DNA of 64,000 nucleotides from contig JBHEPH010000004.1 in assembly GCA_046260395.1 (NCBI GenBank), forward strand, positions 5,463-69,462, read 5' to 3'. The notes under the pieces are model-generated. The model saw nothing but the letters and a program-made list of their open reading frames with translations, was not told the DNA's origin and did no database searches. Shown piece after piece: positions 10,642-18,464 of the stretch (position 1 is the first letter of the stretch; each line of letters starts with the position of its first letter). The translations under genes and the position numbers were made by a program. The DNA comes from Gemmatimonadales bacterium (lineage in GTDB: Bacteria > Gemmatimonadota > Gemmatimonadetes > Gemmatimonadales > GWC2-71-9).

Positions 10642-11847
10642 GTGCACACCACGTCGTTGTCCCACGACATCGCGCTGTTCGAGAAGTGCCGTCAGTTCAC
10701 CCGGGTCGAGGAGGTGAAGGCGGCCGGGTTGTATCCGTATTTCAAGCCGATTTCCGCCTCCGAGGACACCGTTGTCGTCATCGAGGGCCAGAGCCGCATC
10801 ATGCTCGGCTCGAACAATTATCTCGGCCTGACCCACCACCCCAAGGTCCTGGAAGCGGCCCGCAATGCCCTCGACGTCTACGGCTCGGGGTGCACCGGCA
10901 GCCGGTTTTTGAACGGCACCCTGGACCTTCACATCCAGCTCGAAGCCGCCCTGGCGGAGTTCCTCGGCAAGGAAGACTGCATCGTCTTCTCCACCGGCTA
11001 CAATGCCAATCTGGGCCTGATCTCCGGCCTCGTCGGCCGGGGGGACACCGTCTATCTCGACAAGCTCGATCACGCCTCGATCGTGGACGGCGCCAAGATG
11101 AGCTACGGCGAGACCGAGCGGTTCAACCACGGCGACCTGGTGGGGCTGGACCGGAAGATGGCCAAGAACGGCCACACCAGCACCATGATCATCGTGGACG
11201 GCATCTACTCGATGGAGGGTGACATCGCCGACGTGCCCGGGTTGATCAAGGTGGCCCGGAAGTTCGGCGCCGCCCTGGCGCTCGACGATGCCCACTCGAT
11301 CGGTGTGCTGGGACCGAACGGCGAGGGCACCGCGGCCCATTTCGGCGTCACCGACCAGGTGGACATCATCGCCGGCACCTTCTCGAAGTCACTCGCCTCG
11401 ATCGGCGGCTTCGTGGCGGCCTCCGGCAATGTCATCAACTACCTGCGGCATCACGCGCGGCCGCTCATCTTCACCGCCTCCCTGCCGCCGGCCAACACCG
11501 CTGGCGTGCTCGCCGCCCTTGAGGTGCTCCGCACCGACGATGCACGCCGGGCCCGGCTCTGGCACAACACCCGACGGCTCCAGGAGGGGTTCAAGCAGCT
11601 CGGCTTCGACATCGGCCCCTCCGAGACCCCGATCGTGCCGATCCTCATCGGCCCGCTGGACAAGACCCTGCTGATGTGGCGCAAGTGTTTTGACGCCGGG
11701 ATCTTCACCAACCCGGTCGTGCCGCCTGCCGTGCCACCCTCGCAGTGCCGGCTGCGCACCAGCCTGATGGCCACGCACACCGACGATCAGATCGACTTCT
11801 CCCTCGAGACGATCGGGCGGATCGGGCGGGAGCTGGGGGTCATCTGA
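10642..11847 (+). CDS. spt: PLP-dependent alpha-oxoamine synthase of the serine palmitoyltransferase-like clade
   Basis: 401 aa. The motifs GSNNYLGL, GSGCTGSRFLNGT, FSTGYNANLG, YSMEGDIA, DDAHS, GTFSKS (PLP Lys) and FTASLPP resemble bacterial SPT (FSTGYMANLG, GTFSKS, FTASLPP) more than KBL or BioF. The symbol is tentative. Confidence 0.8.
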   Translation: MHTTSLSHDIALFEKCRQFTRVEEVKAAGLYPYFKPISASEDTVVVIEGQSRIMLGSNNYLGLTHHPKVLEAARNALDVYGSGCTGSRFLNGTLDLHIQLEAALAEFLGKEDCIVFSTGYNANLGLISGLVGRGDTVYLDKLDHASIVDGAKMSYGETERFNHGDLVGLDRKMAKNGHTSTMIIVDGIYSMEGDIADVPGLIKVARKFGAALALDDAHSIGVLGPNGEGTAAHFGVTDQVDIIAGTFSKSLASIGGFVAASGNVINYLRHHARPLIFTASLPPANTAGVLAALEVLRTDDARRARLWHNTRRLQEGFKQLGFDIGPSETPIVPILIGPLDKTLLMWRKCFDAGIFTNPVVPPAVPPSQCRLRTSLMATHTDDQIDFSLETIGRIGRELGVI

Positions 11848-12980
11848 CCGGCCCGGTCGTCGTCCGGCCGGTCACCAGTTCGCGCGATCTCGGCCGGTTC
11901 ATCGACCTGCCGTACCGTCTCCACGCCGCTGATCCGCTCTGGGCCCCGCCCCTCCGCCGCGACGTTCGCGCCCAGCTCGACCGCGAGGCCAACCCGTTCT
12001 TCCAGCACGCCGCCGCGGAGTATTTCCTGGCGGAACAGGGCGGCCGGGTCGTTGGCCGCATCGCCGCCATCCACAACCAGCTGCACAACGACACCCACCA
12101 CGACCGGGTGGGGTTCTTCGGCTTCTTCGAGTGTGTGGACGACCAGTCAGTCGCCGCGGCGCTCCTCGATGCCGCGGCCGCCTGGCTCCGCACCCGGCAG
12201 CTTGACACGATCCGGGGGCCGGCGTCCTTCTCCGTCAATGAGGAAATCGGGCTGCTGGTCGAAGGGTTCGACACGCCTCCCACCCTGATGATGCCGCACA
12301 ACCCGAGGTATTACCTCGGGCTGTTGGAGGCGGCCGGCTTCACCACCGCAAAGAACCTCCTGGTGTACCAGGGTGGCCACACGACACGCGCGGCGCCGGT
12401 CCCGGAGCGGCTGACCCGGGCCACCCGGGTGATGGCCGAACGCCTGGGCGTGACCCTCCGCCCAATGCGGATGCACGACTTCGATGCCGAACTGGCCCGC
12501 ATCAAGGTCCTCTACCAGAAATGCTGGGAGAAGAACTGGGGCTTCGTCCCGATGACCGAGGCGGAGATCAATCACCTCGCGGCCCAGTTCAAGCCGGTCG
12601 TCGTGCCGGACCTCGTGCCGTTCCTCGAGAAGGACGGTGAGGCCATCGGCTTTGCCCTGGCGCTGCCGGACCTGAACGTCGTCCTCCGTCACAACCGGAA
12701 GGGCTGGCTGCTGCCCGTCATCCTGCCGCTGTTCTGGGCCCTCAAGCGGCGCACCATCCGCCGCACCAGGGTCCTCCTCCTCGGCGTCGTGCCGGAATGG
12801 CGCGGCCGCGGGCTGGACGCGCTCCTCTATCACTGGGTCTGGACCAGGGCCGCCCAGCACGGCATGTACTGGGGCGAGGCCAGCTGGATCCTGGAGGACA
12901 ATCCCGCCATGATCGCCGGGCTCGTCAAGATGGGCCTCAGCCACTACAAGACCTACCGGGTCTACGACCGGGCGCTGTGA
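11745..12980 (+). CDS. GNAT-fold N-acyltransferase-like protein (candidate bacterial ceramide synthase); start uncertain
   Basis: C-terminal GNAT motif A (LLLGVVPEWRGRGLDALLY). The conserved N-terminus begins near VVVRPVTSSRDLGRFIDLPYRLH. The only ATG/GTG/TTG start (11745) overlaps the upstream gene by 103 nt. A CTG at 11844 overlaps the upstream TGA instead. Confidence 0.7.
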   Translation: MPAAHQPDGHAHRRSDRLLPRDDRADRAGAGGHLTGPVVVRPVTSSRDLGRFIDLPYRLHAADPLWAPPLRRDVRAQLDREANPFFQHAAAEYFLAEQGGRVVGRIAAIHNQLHNDTHHDRVGFFGFFECVDDQSVAAALLDAAAAWLRTRQLDTIRGPASFSVNEEIGLLVEGFDTPPTLMMPHNPRYYLGLLEAAGFTTAKNLLVYQGGHTTRAAPVPERLTRATRVMAERLGVTLRPMRMHDFDAELARIKVLYQKCWEKNWGFVPMTEAEINHLAAQFKPVVVPDLVPFLEKDGEAIGFALALPDLNVVLRHNRKGWLLPVILPLFWALKRRTIRRTRVLLLGVVPEWRGRGLDALLYHWVWTRAAQHGMYWGEASWILEDNPAMIAGLVKMGLSHYKTYRVYDRAL

Positions 12981-13945
12981 GGACCCTCGTCACCGGGGGC
13001 ACCGGGTTCGTCGGCAGTCATCTGATCGAGTCCCTGCGCCGGCGGGGCGATGACGTCACCGCCCTGGTTCGCTCACCGGCCAGGGCCGCCATCCTCGAGC
13101 CGTTCGGTGTCACCCTGGCCCCCGGAGACCTGCAGGACACCAACGCGATGCATCGTGCGCTGGCGGGGATGGAGGTCGTCTATCATGTGGCGGGCCTGAC
13201 CGCCGCGCGGAACGAGGCGGAGTTTCACCGGGTCAATGTCGATGGCACGGCGGCGATCCTTGCGGCCGCCGCTCAGGCCGGCGTGCGACGATTCGTCCTC
13301 GTCTCCTCGCTCGCCGCCGCCGGACCCTCGCCGCGAGGCGGCCGGCGCGCCAACCTTGAGCCGAGCGAACCGGTGACGGGGTACGGCCGGAGCAAGGCCG
13401 CGGCCGAGGAGGTCGTGCGTCGGGGGCCGGTGCCCTGGGTCATCGCACGGCCCCCCGCCGTCTATGGACCACGCGACGTCGAGATGCTCAAGGTCTTCAA
13501 GATTGCCCGCCTCGGCGTTGCCCCGGTCTTCGGAGACGGCAGCCAGGAACTCTCGCTGGTGTTCGGCCCGGACTTGGCGGACGCGCTGGCGGCGATGGGC
13601 AGCACTGCCGGAGTGGAGGGCCGGGTGTACTACCCGGCCCATCCCGAGGTCGTCACCAGTGGCGAGTTGGTGCGCACGATCGGCCGCGCGCTGGGACGGC
13701 GGATGCGCCTCGTTCCCCTGCCCCGCCCGGTGGCCGGCGGAATCCTGCAGCTCACCGGCCTGGCTGCGCGCCTGATGGGCCGGGCCACCCTGCTGACCCC
13801 CGACAAGGCCAACGAGTTCTACCAGCCGGCGTGGACCTGCGACCCAGCTCCGCTCGAACGCGATACCGGCTGGTCCGCTGCGCATGACCTCGAGCGCGGC
13901 GTGGCGACCACCCTCGCATGGTACCGGCACGCGGGGTGGTTATAG
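12977..13945 (+). CDS. NAD(P)-dependent epimerase/dehydratase-family (extended SDR) reductase (candidate CerR-like)
   Basis: Rossmann motif VTGGTGFVGSHL and catalytic YGRSK (YxxxK). GTG 12977 overlaps the upstream stop (GTGA). The ORF-track start at 12797 lies inside the upstream gene. Confidence 0.8.
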   Translation: MRTLVTGGTGFVGSHLIESLRRRGDDVTALVRSPARAAILEPFGVTLAPGDLQDTNAMHRALAGMEVVYHVAGLTAARNEAEFHRVNVDGTAAILAAAAQAGVRRFVLVSSLAAAGPSPRGGRRANLEPSEPVTGYGRSKAAAEEVVRRGPVPWVIARPPAVYGPRDVEMLKVFKIARLGVAPVFGDGSQELSLVFGPDLADALAAMGSTAGVEGRVYYPAHPEVVTSGELVRTIGRALGRRMRLVPLPRPVAGGILQLTGLAARLMGRATLLTPDKANEFYQPAWTCDPAPLERDTGWSAAHDLERGVATTLAWYRHAGWL

Positions 13946-14054
13946 GGAGGGAGAAGCGAGAAGCGAGAAGTGCGGGGTTCCCCGCCGGGGGAGAACGCGG
14001 AAGGTTTCAGCGCCGCGGGCCTCCCACTTCTCCCTTCTCGCTTCTCCCTTCTCG
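13946..14054. repeat. Heptad-periodic purine-rich hairpin element / bidirectional terminator between convergent genes
   Basis: It starts right after the TAG stop. The left arm GGGAGAAGC GAGAAGC GAGAAGTG pairs with the right arm CACTTCTCCCTTCTCGCTTCTCCC. The centre is GC-rich (CGGGGTTCCCCG). The element fills the whole gap between the stop codons at 13945 and 14055. Confidence 0.55.
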
Positions 14055-15242
14055 CTACCTTCTATACCGCTCCAGGTATTGCAGGTCATCCTCGTCGCTG
14101 CGCACGACGTAGACCGTGCCAGCGCCAAACGCCACGACGCGCCGATCACGCTGGAGGATGACGCGGCCGCTGAGGTTGCCCTGCCGGTCGAAGACGTCGT
14201 ACTCGCGCGGGGCGCCGGCCGCCATGGACCGCTCCACCCACACGTCACCCTCGGGGGTGGCGAAGACGTTGGCGCTCACGAACGCCGGCTTGTGCGAGGG
14301 CCACTCCACCCCGGAGAGGTCGGGCTCCTGGGCCCCGGGACGACCGCGGCGGAAGTTGGTGGTCACCTCGCCGTTTCGGTTTTCCATCGAGATCGACAAC
14401 CCGCCCCCAACGCTTGCGGCCCACTCACGCCGCTCGGCGTCGCGAATCGGCACCGGCCGCACGGTCACCGGCTGGCCGCGACTCCGTCCTGTCGGGGTCA
14501 CCCACTCCACCCGATAGTCCGCCGCACGCACGATGGCCAGGCGGCCATCGGGGGCCACCGCCCAGCCGTCGGAGGCCGGGAACGGGCGCGGCATCATGCG
14601 GACATTCTGATTGTTGGCGGTTCCGGTGGTGCGGACCGCCGGCGGGGCGACTTTCACGAAGGCCACCGTGTCCACCACACTGGAGGAGCGGTCGAACCGC
14701 AGCACGGCCTGGGAGTCCGCGGGCACTCCACCCGACCCTATCCCACCGGGCTGCTGGAAGTACAACCGGCCCCTGTTATCCACGGCCCTGGGCAGGATCA
14801 ACCGCAGCCCTCCCGGCCCCGCACCAGGACCCGGTGTTCCTTGGGCGATGGACATGGACTCGCGGTACTGGCCGTCGGCACCGTACAGGGAAAGGCGCCC
14901 ATTGCCGAGGTCCACGAGGAGAGTGGCCCCGCCCGGCATCGGAAAGAGCGCATCCGGAGAACGATACTCACCGGGGCCCTGTCCGGTCCGACCCAGCGAT
15001 GTCGTCCGTCCGGTGGCCAGATTGAGCCACAGCAACGTCTGGTCAATACCGTCACTCACCAACACCCGGCCGTCCGGCAGCTCGCGGAGGCCGGTGAGCA
15101 GGCTGAAGGGCTCCGGGTAGGCGGCGTCCGGCCGGTCGAGCCGACGCTCGGCGGGCGCCGTCCGCGCCTGGGCGTCCAGCCCGGCCGGCAGGCCGGCTCC
15201 AATCAACGTGGCGATCAAACCAATCAAAAGTCCGGTGCGCAT
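14055..15242 (-). CDS. Secreted 6-bladed beta-propeller-like hypothetical protein
   Basis: 395 aa with a signal peptide (MRTGLLIGLIATLIGAGLPAGLDAQA). Repeated blade-like segments include GRTGQGPGEYRSP, as in G.GPGEF-type six-bladed propellers. Confidence 0.6.
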   Translation of the reverse strand: MRTGLLIGLIATLIGAGLPAGLDAQARTAPAERRLDRPDAAYPEPFSLLTGLRELPDGRVLVSDGIDQTLLWLNLATGRTTSLGRTGQGPGEYRSPDALFPMPGGATLLVDLGNGRLSLYGADGQYRESMSIAQGTPGPGAGPGGLRLILPRAVDNRGRLYFQQPGGIGSGGVPADSQAVLRFDRSSSVVDTVAFVKVAPPAVRTTGTANNQNVRMMPRPFPASDGWAVAPDGRLAIVRAADYRVEWVTPTGRSRGQPVTVRPVPIRDAERREWAASVGGGLSISMENRNGEVTTNFRRGRPGAQEPDLSGVEWPSHKPAFVSANVFATPEGDVWVERSMAAGAPREYDVFDRQGNLSGRVILQRDRRVVAFGAGTVYVVRSDEDDLQYLERYRR

Positions 15243-15325
15243 GGTGCCTGCCTAATGAGAATGGTTGGGGTCAGCTCCGTCGGTAGGATGCCCCACCTGA
15301 CACGGGAGTCGCACCGGAACGCCAC

Positions 15326-15357
15326 GCGGGCCCCGGAAGCTGTCTTCCGGGGCCCGC
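15326..15357 (-). terminator. Stem-loop terminator downstream of the cupredoxin gene
   Basis: Perfect 14-bp GC-rich stem GCGGGCCCCGGAAG / CTTCCGGGGCCCGC with a 4-nt loop, 24 nt past the stop at 15381. There is no clear U-tract. Confidence 0.55.
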
Positions 15358-15380
15358 GGTGCCATCCACCCAACGACGAT

Positions 15381-15836
15381 TTACTCGACGATGGTGAGCT
15401 TGCCAATCTGGCCCATGGCCAGGTGCGGCAGGCAGTAGAAGCCGTACTGACCAGCCGGCGCACCGGCAAAGGAGATCGTGTAGGTCTCGTTCGGCGCCAC
15501 CAGCAGCGGGCCGGTGAGATCGCCCATGCGGTCCGGCATGGCGGCGTTGATCATCGCCTGCGTGCCAGCCGGGATGCTGTCCGCCCAGAAGCTCACGTTG
15601 TGCGGCCCACCACTGACATTGTGGAACACCACGACGTCACCAGACTTGATCGTCAACTGGCTCGGTACGAAGTGGTACACCGACCCGTCGAGCTGCATGT
15701 TCACGTCGTGCGTAGCCCCGGTGGCTGCCGCCGCAGGAGCCGGCGCCGCCGCATCGGGCTCTGCTGCCGGCTGCTCGCCACCACCACACGCTGAAAGTAC
15801 CAGGGCCAACCCTGCAACTGCCGCTGTCATCCTCAT
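15381..15836 (-). CDS. Lipoprotein type-1 blue copper protein (cupredoxin; plastocyanin/amicyanin/auracyanin-like)
   Basis: 151 aa from ATG 15836, with GGAGGA 9 nt upstream. Lipobox LVLSAC, then an Ala/Pro-rich tether. Copper ligands: FHNVSGGPHN ... YGFYCLPHLAM (H, C-x2-H-x2-M). Confidence 0.8.
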   Translation of the reverse strand: MRMTAAVAGLALVLSACGGGEQPAAEPDAAAPAPAAAATGATHDVNMQLDGSVYHFVPSQLTIKSGDVVVFHNVSGGPHNVSFWADSIPAGTQAMINAAMPDRMGDLTGPLLVAPNETYTISFAGAPAGQYGFYCLPHLAMGQIGKLTIVE

Positions 15837-15924
15837 CGCTGTCCATCCTCCGAAACTCGGTTGATATGATACTGCCGTTGACATTCCCACCCAAGTTGAG
15901 CGCCGCGCACAGCGCACTGTCCAC

Positions 15925-15942
15925 TTGTGAATTAGTTCACAA
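15925..15942. promoter_or_regulatory. CRP/FNR-family type palindromic operator
   Basis: TTGTGAATTAGTTCACAA is a perfect inverted repeat containing TGTGA-N6-TCACA. It lies in the relatively AT-rich divergent gap between the cupredoxin start (15836) and the Cys-rich protein start (15990). Confidence 0.45.
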
Positions 15943-15989
15943 AGATAAACCGCCCCGGTCGGGATTGCCAGACCCACTATCTTTGTCCG

Positions 15990-16763
15990 ATGCCATCCAG
16001 ACCACCTCGCTGCGAAAACCTCGGCCCCCAGTGCCGATCCCTCCGCGTGACCCTCCGTGTCAGCTCCCCAGAAGGCGACCATACCGAGGGCGACCACGAA
16101 GCCACCTGGCTCCTGGGGCACACCGAACGGCTGTCCTATGGTGTCCTCTGGGAGGACGATGGTGACCTCTATAGTGACACTATCCTCCATGTTCCCTGCC
16201 GCCACCTGAAGGACGGGGGTGCCGGAAAAGCCCGGTGCGCCGTCCACGGATTCACCGGCCCGATGCCCCGGGACCGCCCCCGTCCACCCCAGCCAAGACG
16301 GCTCGGAGGGGACCGCTTCGTGGTGGCAGACCAGGGGAAAATGGTCACCAGAACCCTCCCGGTGCCCGCCTCGAAGGGTCGGAACCTTCCGGTAGTCAAC
16401 GGTGTAAACCCTTGTGAATCAGTACCTTGCCAGACGGCTGACCACACCAGGGGCGCCGCTTGCTGCCGGGACCTCCAGATCGAGGTGATGTGTACCAAGG
16501 AGGAGACCCAGCTTGAGGCACTCCTCCGTCACCGGAAGTCCCCCTACCTCTGCAAGGTCAAGCGGGACGGCGAATTCGCCCTCGATGCCGAGGTCATTTC
16601 GGCATGTGGATATCTCGGGGATGACGGGGTGGCATGCTCGCTGCACAACAGGGTCAGGGCGGACGGTCGACCGGCCAAACCGAAGCTCTGTTCCGACTGG
16701 CCGCCCAAGCGACAGGATTTGCACCCCGGGTGCGCATTTGCCCCCGGAAAACGACGACGGTAG
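15990..16763 (+). CDS. Cysteine-rich hypothetical protein with YkgJ/UPF0153-like (CxxCxxCC-type) metal-cluster region
   Basis: 257 aa. The frame has high GC3 from about 16020 onward. The C-terminal half contains GAACCRDLQIEV ... YLCKV ... ACGYLGDDGVACSLHNRVRADGRP ... LCSDWPP, resembling the UPF0153 pattern. The start is not certain. Confidence 0.5.
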   Translation: MPSRPPRCENLGPQCRSLRVTLRVSSPEGDHTEGDHEATWLLGHTERLSYGVLWEDDGDLYSDTILHVPCRHLKDGGAGKARCAVHGFTGPMPRDRPRPPQPRRLGGDRFVVADQGKMVTRTLPVPASKGRNLPVVNGVNPCESVPCQTADHTRGAACCRDLQIEVMCTKEETQLEALLRHRKSPYLCKVKRDGEFALDAEVISACGYLGDDGVACSLHNRVRADGRPAKPKLCSDWPPKRQDLHPGCAFAPGKRRR

Positions 16764-16836
16764 CTTCCCATGTGCAAGTGGCCCGGGTCGCCGCCGTCTC
16801 CCTATTGATCCGCCAGCCACGCCCCGGGAGGTCCTG

Positions 16837-17355
16837 ATGAAGGACGAGCTCGAACGGCTCTACCAAACTACGTATGCCTCAGTCGTCCGGTTCCTGTACC
16901 GGAAGGTTTGGGATGCGGATCGTGCCGAGGACCTGGCACAGGAAGTCTTCATCCGCGCCATGGCCCACCGTCCGGAAAAGCCCCGCGCCTGGGTGTTCGC
17001 CGTGGCGGCCAACCTGGCACGGGACGAGGCCCGGGCGGCAATCCGCCGCCGCAAGCACCTGACCCTGTTGACCAATGAACCCGCGGTCCTGTCCGCTCCC
17101 GAAACGCCGATGGACGAGGCGCTGGAGCATGACGAGCGCCGGGAGCTGGTGCACGAGGCGCTGGCCGAGTTGACCCCGCGCGACCGGGAGGTCCTCCTCC
17201 TCTGGGACGCCGGCCTGAGCTATCCCGAGATCGCCGAGCAGAGCGGGCTCGCCGTGGGGGCCGTCGGCACCACCCTGGCGCGCGCCCGCAAGCGACTCAT
17301 CGACGTGTACGACCGCCAGGAGGCGGGACGAAAGCAGCATGCGGCACATTCCTGA
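16837..17355 (+). CDS. ECF-type RNA polymerase sigma factor (sigma-70 family group 4)
   Basis: 172 aa from ATG 16837, with GGGAGG upstream. Region 2 is DRAEDLAQEVFIRA. Region 4 HTH is LSYPEIAEQSGLAVGAVGTTLARARKRL. Confidence 0.85.
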   Translation: MKDELERLYQTTYASVVRFLYRKVWDADRAEDLAQEVFIRAMAHRPEKPRAWVFAVAANLARDEARAAIRRRKHLTLLTNEPAVLSAPETPMDEALEHDERRELVHEALAELTPRDREVLLLWDAGLSYPEIAEQSGLAVGAVGTTLARARKRLIDVYDRQEAGRKQHAAHS

Positions 17356-18379
17356 GGACGAACTCCACGCCTACCTCGACCAGGCGCTGAGCCGGTCGCA
17401 GTGTGTCGAGATCGAGTGCCATCTCGCCACCTGCATCCGGTGTCGCCATGAGCGCGATGGCATCGCTGCCCTGCGCGACCGGACCACCTCGCTCCTCGGC
17501 CTCCTCGTACCACCACCCGAAACCTCCCGCCCGATCTACGCCGAACTGGCGCTGGCATCCCGTGGACGCCAGGCCGTCGCGGCGGCAGCGTCCCGGGAAT
17601 CGGAACGCACTCCCCGGCCGTGGGGCCGCCATGGGATGCGCGCGGCAGGCATCATGGTGGCCATTGCCGCGGGCTGGAGCGCCCGGGGGATCATCCCCAC
17701 CGGGTCGGCGGCCGAGGGCGCCATGCGGCAGTTCGTCTCGGGGCCTTCGCTGATGGATTCGCGGGGTGGCAGTCCATTGTTCGGCTCTTTCCTGCCCCTC
17801 ACCGACCCCCCTCGCGCATCCACCTCGCCGGCGACCTCAGCGCCCGCACCTGACTGGGAACCGGACCCCCGCGAGCAGCGTCCCGCCCCGCGCCCGACCA
17901 GCGAGGTAGGCACCCGGAGCGGGGTGGCGCAGCTCAGTGCCACGGTCCGCTCCACCGCAGCCCCCGATGCGAGTGCCGAATTTATTGGAGCCGGAGCCTG
18001 GCGCACGGTTTCCTACGCAGAGGCCGCGGCGTTGACCGGGGACATCGTCCCCCGCATTCGTGATCTCCGGGTCGTGGAAATCCAGATCCAATCGATCGGC
18101 CAGGATCAGCGTCCCCTCGTGGTGGTGCTGCACCAGGATGCCCACGGCCGGATTGCCCGGACCATCGAGGGTCCGGCCGACCGGGTGGCCGAGCTCGTGA
18201 ATGGAGAGGTGGAGCGCTCACAGGGGGCGATCCGGAATGGCCTGCCGATTCGTTCCATCCTGGAGTACGTCGGGGCGGACACCGACGAACCCTGGCGGTC
18301 CAACCGGGTGGTCGTTGTGATCGGCAACCAGGACGCCCAGGCACTCGAGGCCATGACCCGGGCCATCCGGTTCCGCTGA
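17339..18379 (+). CDS. Anti-sigma factor (zf-HC2 type), single-pass membrane protein
   Basis: N-terminal H-x3-C-x2-C motif (ECHLATCIRC), a central TM (AAGIMVAIAAGWSA) and a 17-nt overlap with the sigma gene. Confidence 0.75.
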   Translation: MRHIPEDELHAYLDQALSRSQCVEIECHLATCIRCRHERDGIAALRDRTTSLLGLLVPPPETSRPIYAELALASRGRQAVAAAASRESERTPRPWGRHGMRAAGIMVAIAAGWSARGIIPTGSAAEGAMRQFVSGPSLMDSRGGSPLFGSFLPLTDPPRASTSPATSAPAPDWEPDPREQRPAPRPTSEVGTRSGVAQLSATVRSTAAPDASAEFIGAGAWRTVSYAEAAALTGDIVPRIRDLRVVEIQIQSIGQDQRPLVVVLHQDAHGRIARTIEGPADRVAELVNGEVERSQGAIRNGLPIRSILEYVGADTDEPWRSNRVVVVIGNQDAQALEAMTRAIRFR

Positions 18380-18411
18380 CGCCCCCGCACCACGCTCGCT
18401 GGATGCAACGC

Positions 18412-18441
18412 ACGAGGGCCTCCCGGTTGGGAGGCCCTCGT
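18412..18441. terminator. Bidirectional stem-loop terminator between the anti-sigma gene and actF
   Basis: Perfect 13-bp stem ACGAGGGCCTCCC / GGGAGGCCCTCGT with loop GGTT, lying between the convergent stops at 18379 and 18465. Confidence 0.6.
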
Positions 18442-18464
18442 CACATCCGGCCGCTCGGCAGCAC

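Noticed and set aside
13884-15794. 636-aa plus-strand ORF spanning the hairpin element, the beta-propeller gene and the cupredoxin gene
   Set aside because: It runs through an intergenic palindrome and is antisense to two supported genes. The translation is low complexity.
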